Part shown: positions 39,267 through 51,558 of the stretch, in pieces
How the letters are laid out: each line of letters starts with the position of its first letter
How positions within the stretch are numbered: position 1 is the stretch's first letter
Source: Oopsacas minuta
Lineage: Eukaryota; Animalia; Porifera
DNA: 64,000 nucleotides
Direction: 5' to 3'
Assembly (NCBI GenBank): GCA_024704765.1
Contig: JAKMXF010000177.1
Span: 124,001 to 188,000, forward strand
Translations under genes and position numbers: made by a program
Notes under the pieces: model-generated
Told to the model about the DNA's origin: nothing
The model's database searches: none
The model's input: only the letters and a program-made list of their open reading frames with translations

Positions 39267-40892
39267 TATATATGAAAGAATTCACAATAGACACACTTGT
39301 GAAAATTTTCAGAGCGAAATGATGTAATCTGTAGCGGAATTGGCAAGTATGGATTAAAAAATGCTTAATCATTGAAACTATGTAGAACTATAATTATTAA
39401 TCTAAGCTCAAAATGTTGAAATACCAAATAATCTTAATCTATGTTAAAATGTTGATTACTAAAAGAAATATATCCACTTCCTATTATCCCTGGTCCAGTG
39501 AAAATTGACTCCGTGATCAGGCCTTATCTTTAGTAGGCTATGGAATATCCAATTTTACCTCGATAATCAGATGAGATTTATTGTGTCAAATCAGTATAGC
39601 CATTTTGTAATAGATACCCAACTTCTCACAACCTGATAATACATTTTCATATGATATGTCGTAACATTATGATGTAATCCTGAATATACCCATATATGGA
39701 AATTTTCAAGATTACGTAATAATCTTCTGTATATCATTTCAAAAATGTATAATCAGGGCATGGGAATTTGAGTATACATTATACATTGGCTATTATGCTC
39801 TAACTGTAACGATTATCGAGGAATCAGTGAATATTGACATATAAGTGCAATCTATGGTTTCAGCTGGAACCCAAGAACTACCAACTTTATTATTACAGTG
39901 TTTACAAAATTATTTCGAATATTCCATAATTGAACTTTGAAATCAAAAGATCAATATTTCCCATTTTTCAATTTTTCTAACCTATCAGCCTATTAGGCGA
40001 TCACATGACGTCTTTACTACATGAAAATATTTTCTAGATGTGGAATTTGTGAAACTTGATTATAGCTTTAGTATATTTGCTAATATCTTGAGGTATTGAC
40101 TTCGAATCAACTACAATTTACTTCTTTTTATCCTGTTCTAGAAAATAATTGTTGTCTCCGGTCCGATATTACGTAGTTAACGACTATGGTCATATAATGA
40201 ACAATAGGCATAAATATCTCTACAAACTAATTCCAAGTCAAACTGAAGTCATTTGATAGCTTATTTAGCAAATTTTTGAACTAATCCTCTATATTTTAAC
40301 TCATTTTTGAGTTTTGAAACTAATTCAAGAATAAATTTACACACTTTTCGTATCCAAATCACATTCCATGGAATCTAAGGCTAATTCCTTGCAAATTTCA
40401 AATTTGCTTTGATATTGTTTGCACATCCAAAATTATAGTTGCATCCATGACACCACATTTTGCCAATTTTCCCAATAACCTGAGAATATTTAATGTTATG
40501 GTCAAGTCCTCCTGGAAACATGTAGTAAATACCCGAATTTCATACCGGAAATTACATTTCAATACGATATGACTGACCTAATATGTACCTAGTCCATGTC
40601 CATCAATTAGCACTATTGCCTGAGTGTATATAATGTTTTTGATAATGCCATAAGACCAATAGACTTCTCATGTACAGCTTACTTTCAATCGTAGAACATT
40701 TTTCCTCTCTAACATCAATTAACTGTTTCTCCGAATAATCAGCAATATCACAGCGGATCCCGCTTAATAATATACCTCCCTACATGAGTTTTTATGACTC
40801 TTTGATTTGAAGTTTTAATGATATTATGAAATTTTGACTTATTTGTCACCTTTTCGGAATTTGAATATAAAGTTGTTGGCTACTGCTCAGCA

Positions 40893-41156
40893 AAGTGGGT
40901 TATTTGGGTAAACATTTCCAGTAGGATATAACTTCAACAATTGTAATTATTTTCTCCTGAATTTTGGCTATAGAGGTCATAACTAAGATAATCTTTTGCA
41001 TGTCAGATTTTGAGAATGAGTTAGCATTGGAAAATTATGACGTCATATTTAATTTCCAAAAATATTCATATTATTTCGTTTCATATAATCATAGACTATA
41101 TAGGATATTCTTAATAGTATCTTGTTTCAATAACAAACACAAATAACAAGGCAACG
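40893..41156 (+). repeat. Isolated copy of the 5' terminal region of the Transib-like element at 56185
   Basis: Aligns by eye along its length to 56186-56456; begins with a degenerate CACAGTGGG-like terminus. Confidence 0.6.
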
Positions 41157-43274
41157 TAGTATAAGAGATTACTATAATTAACCGATTACTGCCGAGGGTT
41201 ACGTTCGTAACAAAATGGATCATTAAAATTTACCCCTTCGTTTTAACCTATTCCCGCACCCAAATCGATATTGTAGTACCATTCTGAAGTCATAAAATGA
41301 CACATTTTCCTAGCAGGATTCGGTTCCCATTTTAGAATGCACATAGTGACGTTATTACTAGATTAATTCAACTCACCCTTACATCGGACTCGGATATAAC
41401 GAAACAACCGAATACATCGAAGTGAATTTTGCCCTAGAACCTTCAAACCACAAAATTACTCCATATATAATACATTCGAATATATCGAACGATAATACAG
41501 GTCCTTTTGATTCCCGAGGTCATGGAGGAATTTCCGAATCGTTGATGGAAATTTTGATGACCTTCTCCTTTGATAAATCAAAAATGGATGAACTCCTTAA
41601 CGTAATCAATACATATATGATATGTATATGTCCTGAAGAAATACAATGGACAGTTGAGTATTTCATGTAAAATGGAAAAATATTTACTAAGCCTTAGATC
41701 ACAGAAACAAGAATATTATTATCTTCACTGACAATCCGTGAATACACGAATTTGGAAAGTTACAAATGTTACAGAATACGAACACGACAGATATTTATCA
41801 CCTTAGAAGGGTCAACCCGTATTCACGCATAGAGACCGGAATATTCTGAAACCATGAAAATCAAATGTTGAACATTCTGGGATTTATCTAGGTGATAGCT
41901 AGATGTACCACTTGAACCAAGGATATTTCTCCAGGAGATATCGACTATCCTGATTCCGAAAGTATAATCAGTTTCTCCTCGCTCATGTTATACCTAATCG
42001 TCCTTTCAATTTTTGCAATATTTTGGTGATTTCCATGTAGGGTTGGGGTCGGTTAACCGATTTAAGGAGCGGGTAAAACCTTTCAGATAATAGAGGTTAA
42101 CGGGCTAACCGCTTCAATTATTCTTTAACACAATCAATGATGTTTGATGGCTGAAATTGAAAATATCAACACATAGATATTATATATGCTATCGTGATTC
42201 GATTATATAATTCAAACAATTGAAATTTGAGAAAATGGAACTAAAATGTAATATCTAATAATACCGAACTAGCAGAATTCGTGTATTTATAATTTCGTAC
42301 CTCTGAAATACTGAATACATTAGTGGAAATGACACTTTTGGGTTATCCGAATATAATATTATCCTAGCATTTAACTGGATATATCCAGCTCTGTTTCTGG
42401 AAATTCATACTATGGCTACAGGAATAATATTTGTTGATATATTTATTTAATTAATACAAATTCTTTCGTGAAGCATGAGTCATCTGCTACAGTTTCACCA
42501 TTTTGCCATTGCAACTGGGACTGATATATTCAACAAATTAAAATTTAAAAGCTGTCGGACACGCAAACCAACATTCATCAAAGGGCAACGCCAACTAAAG
42601 ATGCACTTTTCACAACAGCTTAAATCTAAAATGACAAATAGTTGATGTGTGTATGTTCTGAAGAAAGCTAATTGATTGGTTGTTTATTTTCTATGATACG
42701 GCGAAATAATTGTTAAGCCATTGCAACATAACGACGCTAAACTGAAATATTCTTACATTTGCATGGCAAATTGTGGATATTTGCGTTAGTTAGTTAAAGT
42801 TTTATAGGATGCGAAAAAGATATATATTCAGCTTCAGGCGGCAAATTTGCTGTAGAGAAGGATTATCAACCATGAATTCTTGGATGACAATAAGAACAAT
42901 GTATAATTTTGATATTCTACATGTAACCAATAAAGTATTCAGGTAAGTGCGCAGTTACTACTTTTCATAAATCACTTATGATTTGATATATCGTCTAACG
43001 CATCCATAGTAAAAAATCCTACAAAATTCCTGTGAGGCAGTATGCGTAGAATGCTATGGGTAGGGCATGCGTCTTATGTTAATAGGTTGGCAGCGAAGAA
43101 ATGGGACCAAAAATATTTTGTGATTTTCAATTTTGGAAAATTGAACGCTGAAAGTTTTCCGTTGCAAATAATAAAATAAAAGGAGTATATCATATCTTGA
43201 GCATTTCGTATAACGTAACTGTTTCACAATAAATGCAACTAGTCGATATTCATAGAATTGATAGATAGTTTCCC

Positions 43275-45119
43275 AGAATCCCGAAAATTTTCGTACCCGG
43301 ATTTTTCCTCCCCAGGTGATTCCCTGTCCCTTGTTATTCAGGTTATATTCATGCATCTAGAGGATAAATATGGTATAATTAATTATTGAAATAGGTATGT
43401 GAGTAATAATACAGTAGTCAAAACTCAAAATTATATGCGATTCCCCTAAGATGTGTGGTTATATCCCGGTTCTCAGAATCTCTATCAAGTGATTGTGAAC
43501 GCTCATCTCGTTCAATGGACTATTTGCTGCGTACTATTGTATCACCAGACTCTCACTTTATCAGTTTGCCCTCTTGTAGTGACTGTTCTCTTTGCAAAGA
43601 TTTGAACAGCTTTGACACACTAGGGTGGGAACAACCAACACTAGAATGAAATGAATTGTGCCACCCCTCAACTACGTTATAAGTTCGTGGTAGTTGTTGA
43701 CGTATCCTTTCGTATATGTTCCAGATTCTGATAGGAAAGGGTGGGATCCTTCTACTGTTATTAGGAAGTCTTTTACCAATATAGTTATCTTCAAAATAAG
43801 TAGCAACTCCTAGAGCAGATTCTGGAAAATCTGCCATCAGAATATTGAAACAGTCCATTACATCTTGTTCTGGGACAAAAGCAAGGCTAGGAAGCATCTT
43901 TAATTTCAGGAGGAATTCTCTATCTTCTTGATAGATTGTTCTTAACCCCTCTGATTGTATTTTTCTATATACATTTTGGGAGAGATGAAAGAAGCACCCC
44001 GAAATTACAGCAAGAAATTTGTCCTCAAATACATTAATTGCTGCTTTTTCGAAATCGGTCATTATCGTGGTTGTATTTCGAGGAGTTTAGAGAGAAGTCT
44101 GTTATAAGTAGAACCAGCTTTATCAGATAGTAATGCATATACGCAAGGGTAGAAGAATCCATCTCTCTCTGCATGAATGGTATACAACTGAAAAAAACAC
44201 TCTGGTACTACATTGAAAGTTCCATCAGCATACCAAGTTTCAGATTCTGAAAGAATAGCGAAAAAATTTGGGTTAGCAAATATAATCATCCGATTGACGT
44301 CGCCAAAGCCAGAGTCGAAAAGTAAAAATGGCTCCCCTTTAACCGTCACTTTGTATTTTCCGCAATGATTATTTCAGCAGCACAGGTAGGATTCCCACAG
44401 TTTTCTTCAGATTTGCTTTTGTGTATAAGGATGATTCTCTTCACAGATTCCAATTTAGGGAGTTGTGCAGTACTTGAAGATCCCATTCGCTCGATACCAT
44501 GTGAGAGAATGACCCTTGTACTTTCTTCAGAATTTATTGAACATTCTTTCACCATATTATAACCTCGAAGCATTTCGATTCGTACAGGGTTAGATCCATG
44601 CGGATGACTAGAATAAATGTCGTTTATCTTTGTCGATTTGATAATTTCATCTCCTTTAGTGTGCATACGAGCTTTACACGTCCCCCGATTTTCACATACC
44701 CACTGTTGTAAGTCCAATGACGACTTTGTCAATGTATACACGAACCCTTGGAACGTAGCTTTATCTTTCCCCCTTATAGTTTTAACCAATTCGATTTTGA
44801 GAGGAGAAGCGGCCACTACAATGTTAGTTTATGACAAGTGAATAATTCGTGGACTCTGATTGATCTTATTCTTAATATATGTATCCTTATATACTACGTG
44901 GAGTATTCACGGATTATTTATTTTTGCCAGAAAGTGGTCAGGAAGTATATCTTTCAGACCTACGATATGACTAGTGTAAATTATATACATCTATTGTATA
45001 AGCAAGACTAGTTTGGTTTCACTAAGAAAACAGGAATTTAGTGTATCTAACTTATGGGATATCCTGAGGACGAAATTTCCTGAGGACGAAATTTCCTGGG
45101 GACGAAATTTCCGTTTACC
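43275..45119 (-). mobile_element. Mutator/MULE transposon (FLYWCH + MULE DDE), frameshifted
   Basis: ORFs 44346-44816 (FLYWCH-like WVCENRGTCKARMHT..HPH), 44062-44349 (WYADGTF), 43553-44062 (TDFE, GCFFHL, NVVEGWHN). One end carries three tandem gaggacgaaatttcc copies; the other end is degenerate. Confidence 0.85.
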
Positions 45120-45252
45120 AGTTCCTCATGATATTCTATAATAGAATATTAGTATGAATTCATATTTATTCTGTCTAATAGAAGGAAATTTTTGGCTAAT
45201 CTAGTTATGTACTAACTAGTTGAAGATTTTTAATATATAAATCAATGATCAC

Positions 45253-45744
45253 CTGCTCGTCACACAATGTCCAAGCAAAAGTATATATTGGTGTATCTGA
45301 GTGTATTAGTGTTGATCTTAACATCCCCAAACGAGACCATATCTTTATTAGACCATCCTCTCCAGAAGTTGCCACACTGTTTCCATTTATGTTCCATTTT
45401 ACAGAGCATATCACGCCTGTATGGGCTACAACATTCTTTTCTAAACGTCCAGACCTCCTAAGGAATAGTAAATTACCATTAGACGAACCTATAACAAGCA
45501 TATCAGAAAATTTTCCTGAGCTGGTACTTTGCATAGGACAACATTGCATGCATACAGGAAAATATCCATTTGGAAATATGTAAAAGAGAGAATTTGTCCC
45601 TGAAATAATATTCCATAAATAAATTTGTCGATCATCGCTACAAGAAACAAATTCTTCAGATGATAACCAAGCAATTGAAGAAACTAGATCGTAATGAATC
45701 AAATTAGAATCAGAACAAAAATTTGGCAATCTCTTTATCGGCAT
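45253..45744 (-). CDS. IFT80: IFT80-like WD40 protein, exon 1 (164 aa)
   Basis: LVSSIAWLSSEEFVSCSDDRQI..RLEKNVVAHTG..WNINGNSVATSGEDGLIKIWSRLGMLRSTL matches the recalled IFT80 N-terminus; ends at a GT donor. Confidence 0.88.
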
Positions 45745-46829
45745 ATATTAGATATGCTAACTAAAATAAAATTCAAGAAATTAATCATATAGTAAATACA
45801 ACTCTTTTCCATAGCAATGTATAATACTATGCTAACGTGGGTCGCCCACTTCTATGAGCCCATAATTATCAGTTTTGTTGCAGCGCTACCAACCCTCCCC
45901 CTTGTTAGGTTAATCTCCCGTTAATTTCCTATTGAAGAACTACACATACGTCAATTCTGGTTAATTGGGACACTGGTTAACCGGGAGTCCGCTTTATAGG
46001 GACAAATCTCCAGGAACGGAATCATCTCCATTAAGGTTGATACTAAATATTTCGTATACTCTGGACAAACTCCACATAACCGAATACAGCCGAAGTGTTA
46101 CATTGATAACAAAAGGAACACGTTAATTGTCCGACTTCATTTTAATCAATTCCCACAATCAAAAGATTTCAGCACCTTATTGACGTCAAAAAATCACACA
46201 TTTGCCTGGCCGTATTCGGTTAATCGGGACAAACTCTGGTAACGGAGCGAAAATTAGCAAATCAATCATGACTAAATTTCTCTTGATTTAGGAAATTCCC
46301 AGAAACTTGGTACATGTACAAAATATCGATGAAAATATACTCAATTTTGGAATAATTTGGCCTAATAAAATTCTATTTAATAGTGATTGTTATACATCCT
46401 ATTGTTATCTACATGATGCACAGAAAGCATTAGACGATAACCTTTTGACTTTCTCAAATCAACTTTTAATCACAACATTATTGGCGGATCTTGGCAATAA
46501 TGTCCCGTCCCGCCAGGCGAAACATTTTTAAATATCATCGAATCAACTTTTAACGACCAGATTCGTACTCAGTATGAAATTTCCAGCAGTCTGATGGGCC
46601 ACTTGACCATTTCCTAATTCTTTTGAGAATCGAATGCAGTACAGTGCTGAGGTGTCAATGAGATAATAATTTTCCAAACATCGTCATGTGAACTCTATAG
46701 TGAAACTCTTTCGCACACTACACACTATGTATATATTATATATATGAAGTGATCGAGTGTTATTTCGGTAGGAAAAAATTTAATGGATATTGATCATTTT
46801 GACACGTTCCTTAGTTATTGGTTAGACCA

Positions 46830-49645
46830 CACGGGTCTCTCAGAAAATCATATTGATCGAAAAAACGAGGTCCTTGAGATTTTTCATGATTCTTGTGTAG
46901 AATTTTGCGTAGAATCCGATTCTGTTGTCAAAAAAATATTTCCCACACAAATTTTTTCGATAAATTTATTTTTTTGTAAAAAAATAATTTTTTACAATTC
47001 GAATATTTTAGATTCTCATCATGACAGCGATGGCAGATGCATCACCATTGGCAATCAGATATTATTATGATATGCTTAGACATTGTTGTTTACATCTGCA
47101 TGCACTTAGAATTTTCAATAGTATTGCGGTTTTATTCTATTCTATTATGTCATTCATTTTTCTGTATGGTATCAGGTTCGAATAGTTTAACAATAGTAAC
47201 AATAGTTTGATTGCACGTCATTAATCACCTAATCGAGTCCTTTGAATACTTTTAAGTAGTTTCCATTCAGTGATAATTAGTAATTAAAGGTGTTTAACGA
47301 ATATCTGTTTGCATAGAAAAACTATTTAAAGAATGCTTGTACTCATTTTCTATATAATTTTTCTGATACATAATTGTTCTGATATCTATTTCTACTGTTG
47401 GTATTTATGAGTAAGCACGAGTCTGCAAAAGACAAAATTTGTCGTTGGTGTTGTATTAAAGTTGGGAAGATAACTATTAAAAACAATAGCCTTATTTCTA
47501 CTCATTTGGGTGAGCAATATTCGAAGTTTTTCGAGCCAATCGATCCGATGGACGATAATCGGCCAAATGTTTTGTGCAATACTTGCAAGCTCTATTTGGT
47601 TAATCGATCAATGCATGATGATACTTCAAGGGAAATTCCTGTTCGATTCAATTGGCCAATTATACGAAATACTCGCTTGAATACGTGTAGTTCAGTCAAT
47701 ACCTGTGTAATGTGCATGGAAAGTTCGAGATTTGGACCTAGAAATCGTGCTTCTTTGCAAATTCTCCACGAAAAACCTGGACGTCCTGCGATCAACTCTC
47801 CCAAAAAGGTTCTTAACCTTTGTAGTAAGTGTTTAAACACAATAAGTCCCGGATTTCCGCATACTTGCTCAAAAACTTCTTTGGTAAATAATAGCCAATT
47901 TTTGTTAGCACGAAAACGTTCTATTGAACCTGTCGTATGTTCCGAAATCTTACGAAAATTCCGCAGTGCAAGTGAGGACTCGCGTATAACGTTACCTAGA
48001 CCATCGGGAGGCCATCCAATTCATATGCTTCCTGGTAATTTGGACCAGTTACCTCAACACAAAATGCCCAAAATGGATTTCTCTGACATCGCACAGATAA
48101 AATGCACTGGCGGAGCAATGAGTAACAAGCAACTAAAAGCTGTAACCAAAGTAATAAGGGATGCTGGCGTGGCCTGTCCATCAATGAAGGACTATTACGA
48201 CGAACGGAAACAATATTGTGATGATATATTCGAATGCGTCCAATTAGATCTGGAATGGAGCAAAGAGAAGTATTCCTCTGATATCAGAAAGACTTGGGTC
48301 GTACGCTGTTGCAACATCGACAAACTGATAGAAAAAGTCTACAACATTAGCGGAGAATCTTCAGTTTACAGTTTCAATTTTAAGCTTGGCCTTGATTATG
48401 GTTGTGGGTTCACTAAGCTTGTCATGTGTCTACAACTGGAAAATTCTGTGCGAAATCTAATCTTCTTATGGGTATCAAGTGCTCCTGAAAATAATTACAA
48501 TTTTTCTATAATACTGAATGCCCCGGAAATTCAAAAGTTTATTCATGAGTACAACGTATCTTTTACCTTTGATCTCAAAGCCGCTGCTCTCTGTCTGGGT
48601 ATTATGCTTGGACGTTACCCATGCATTTGGTGTGTATGGGATGCTAAAAGTGGATTGGATCATGTCGAATTCAAATCAAGATCATCAGCACATCATGCAG
48701 AGATGTACCAAAAATTGTGTGAAGAATATAACTCCGACTCAAAGAATCATGCGATTGACTGTGATGGTGTAGAAGATATGGAGGCTCTTGGTGTATGGAT
48801 GGTTGACTACATGCAGATGTTCAATATTCCCGAGTTACATCTTTTGTTAGGGGTTGGTCAGAAGTTGTACAATGCGATCGTGGCTACAATGTCTGAAGAA
48901 GAGTTAGTTACACATGAATTATTACTGAAGCACAATAACATATCTCGAAGTTCTTATCATGGAGGCGCATTTGAAGGTAATGCAATGCGGAAAATTACAT
49001 TGATGGTTGAGCAGATTGGTTTTCCAATTAGCAACTCATCCAGCATTGCTTTAAAGCGATTTTCAGAGGTAGTGAGGACATGTTTTGGGCAAAAGATACA
49101 AGGTGATTACAAACTGGCGATATTTCAATTTGAAGAAGCATTCAAATTAACTGGGCTGAATTGTTCAACAAAAGTCCATATAGTGTGCAGACATGTTATC
49201 CCATTTATCACCAAATTCCTTCCAGTTGGTATGGGATTGGGCGCCGTTTCAGAGCAGGCAGCTGAATCAGCTCATTCTCGATTCATCAAAGTTTGGAGAA
49301 ATTATCAATGTAGCGAGTCTCTAGAAAATTACGGCGAAAACCTACTAAATGCTGTCAAGGAAATTAATTTCGTTAATTTTATAAGTACTTAATTTATTCT
49401 ATATGTGACTGATGGATGTATTATATTCAATGTATGAGTGATAACGATGATTCTAATATGATAAATTAGCAACCCGACAACATATAAAAATGGGAACTAA
49501 AAAAATATAAAATAACTCAAAAATTTGTGTGAGAAATATTTTTTTGGCAACAGAATCGGATTCTACGCAAAATTCTACACAAGAATCATGAAAAATCTCA
49601 AGGACCTCGTTTTTTCGATCAATATGATTTTCTGAGAGACCCGTG
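46830..49645 (+). mobile_element. Chapaev (CMC) transposon, apparently intact
   Basis: ~126-bp TIRs beginning CACGGG with ~2 mismatches; 4-bp flanks acca/accg; single long ORF. Confidence 0.88.
47407..49392 (+). CDS. Chapaev transposase, 661 aa from first ATG
   Basis: N-terminal Cys/His region (HE..KICRWC..PNVLCNTC; LCSKC..GFPHTC), GLDYGCGFTK, FDLK..PCIWC, PELHLLLG, YHGGAFEGN, TKVHIV..H, SEQAAESAH. Confidence 0.88.
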   Translation: MSKHESAKDKICRWCCIKVGKITIKNNSLISTHLGEQYSKFFEPIDPMDDNRPNVLCNTCKLYLVNRSMHDDTSREIPVRFNWPIIRNTRLNTCSSVNTCVMCMESSRFGPRNRASLQILHEKPGRPAINSPKKVLNLCSKCLNTISPGFPHTCSKTSLVNNSQFLLARKRSIEPVVCSEILRKFRSASEDSRITLPRPSGGHPIHMLPGNLDQLPQHKMPKMDFSDIAQIKCTGGAMSNKQLKAVTKVIRDAGVACPSMKDYYDERKQYCDDIFECVQLDLEWSKEKYSSDIRKTWVVRCCNIDKLIEKVYNISGESSVYSFNFKLGLDYGCGFTKLVMCLQLENSVRNLIFLWVSSAPENNYNFSIILNAPEIQKFIHEYNVSFTFDLKAAALCLGIMLGRYPCIWCVWDAKSGLDHVEFKSRSSAHHAEMYQKLCEEYNSDSKNHAIDCDGVEDMEALGVWMVDYMQMFNIPELHLLLGVGQKLYNAIVATMSEEELVTHELLLKHNNISRSSYHGGAFEGNAMRKITLMVEQIGFPISNSSSIALKRFSEVVRTCFGQKIQGDYKLAIFQFEEAFKLTGLNCSTKVHIVCRHVIPFITKFLPVGMGLGAVSEQAAESAHSRFIKVWRNYQCSESLENYGENLLNAVKEINFVNFIST

Positions 49646-51558
49646 ACCGGGGTGCACAAATATATTTTTGAGTACATCAATGCTTGGACCGGACAAAAAA
49701 TCGGAAATGTATTTTTCGAATTTTTTTGAAATTCAAGTAAATTCTATATATTCTTGCCCTCCTGTAAATTTAGATGATGCACGAAAATAATTTTAATCTT
49801 TTCTGTCTAATAATAGCTCCTAGTGAAGTAATGGCCTCTGTTGTGACCAACAAAAAAGCATATGTTAGCTATATTTCAATGGGCAAAAGCCCTAAAGCCA
49901 CTGCGCAGTATCTTATTGATAATAATAATATTTCACAGGAAGAACATGATACTATTCTATATAAGTTCAAGTCCCTTATATCATCCAGAGAGTATTACCG
50001 GAAGAAGAGTGATCTTGAGACCTGGGAGAATTTGACCTTCCATTCATATACTGCGACTGGGTTCGTTCTGGATTCCCCATAAACAGGTTAATTAGCGATG
50101 CTGGGCAACTCTTTGATGATGTAAATGAGGATAACTTCCTCAAACTCCCATCCAAACAACGCTTGGGTATAACTCACAAACCCACATCTGACATCAATAT
50201 AATTGCTGCCTCCCCTTTGCATGCATACCTATGTGTATTCTGGTGGTATATGTTATTAATATACCATCTTGATGCGGGTCACAAGGTATGGTCACCATCT
50301 AATCACAAAGTAAATGCATCCATGAGGCGGATTCGAGCAATTCTTCTAGTGAAGTGTAGTTTCAGTGTGGATATTCCTTCAAGTCAAGGCGGTACATCAG
50401 CTACTGGGAACATTGCACGTGATTGCTTTTTGGATAAGCGAGACTTTTTAAAATGGGCGACTTCCTCGATTAATCTATCTGATAAACCCTTATTAGAGAA
50501 GATCCAGACTAATCTATCCGTGGTGTTACGACTTGTGAACAGCGGTAACTTAATTAATTGTAGCAAAATGGAAGAATTGTGTAAAGAAACGTATGAATAC
50601 ATCTTAGTTCAGTTTCCATGGGCGAACATCACCCCCTCTTTACACAAGCTACTTTCCCATTCTTTCAAGACTATTGGGGAATATAATAATGGCAGGGGAT
50701 TACAGAATCTATCAAAGGAATGTTTAGAAGCTTGTAATAAGTTCGTGAGGCGGTATTGGGTAAATCTTGCCAGAAAAACATCATTCTCTGACAATGTACG
50801 AGATATTCTAGTTCGCCTTCTGTGTTGTAGTGATCCCCTATTAGTGCAGAATCGTTTTACATCCACCAAAACGAGGAATTCTAGTGCAAATAACCCAAAT
50901 AGCTCCCAAGATATCTTATATAATAGCATAGTGTTGGAGAATGATAATTAATTAAAGAATATTAGAGATTGAGTCTATATATTTAGTAACAGTCTTCCAC
51001 AAGGTATAATCCCTCAAATATGTAGTAAAGGGAAAAACTACACCCCTGGTTCATTATTATATAATAGCTAGTTACATATATATGTTATAATCCTTCTATT
51101 AGGAAACTTGACTTTATACCATTAATTCAATAATAGAAATAATAAATAATATTATTGAACCATGAATGTTAAAAATAATGAAATCACCGAAATGACGTCA
51201 TATTCCCAATAGTGGTAATACTACGGAAAATTTAAATGAAATTTTTGAAATTTACGGAGTCGATTTACTATATAGACCACATAAACATGCTTCGTTTTAA
51301 TGGTTACACTAATACGCCATTATGGCGATTTTGGCACACTGTACGAGGTATCCATTAAGCTCAAGTTTGAAGCACATTTGAGTATTATATTAGAGATATA
51401 ATTAGAACAATGTAATTCACAAATATACGTATATGGCATATATATTATTGAATTATTTTGTAAAATCAAACCCATTTGTAGCCATTGAGAGCAAGTATCT
51501 ACCTAAAATTTGAGATTTGGCTAATTTATCTATTATATATTCATAAAAACAACAATAA

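Larger units (their letters stand above)
5983..45252 (-). other. IFT80: ~39.3-kb phase-0 GT-AG intron of the IFT80-like gene
   Basis: Donor CAG|GTGATC at 45253/45252 and acceptor TTTTAG|ATT at 5983/5982. The joined peptide AWTLCDEQ|IVYPREEF is colinear with IFT80 AWGPDSEK|VLYTAGKQ. Confidence 0.8.
46721..51343 (+). mobile_element. Transib-like element C (internally deleted), host of the Chapaev insertion
   Basis: ORF 50163-50951 has SPLHAYL, GGTSATGNIARDCF, PSLHKLLSH, SKECLEACNKFVRR..LARKTS..SDP. Candidate ends cacactatg (46721) and ttttggcacactgta (51343) do not pair well. Confidence 0.55.

Noticed and set aside
46783-47070. ORFs 46783-47070 (+) and 49453-49680 (-) sharing an identical peptide
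   Set aside because: They are translations of the two Chapaev TIRs, not genes.
28820-51200. Scattered TGACGTCA (CRE-like) motifs near 28826, 41039, 46181 and 51193
   Set aside because: They lie in TE-derived or unannotated sequence with no positional link to a promoter.
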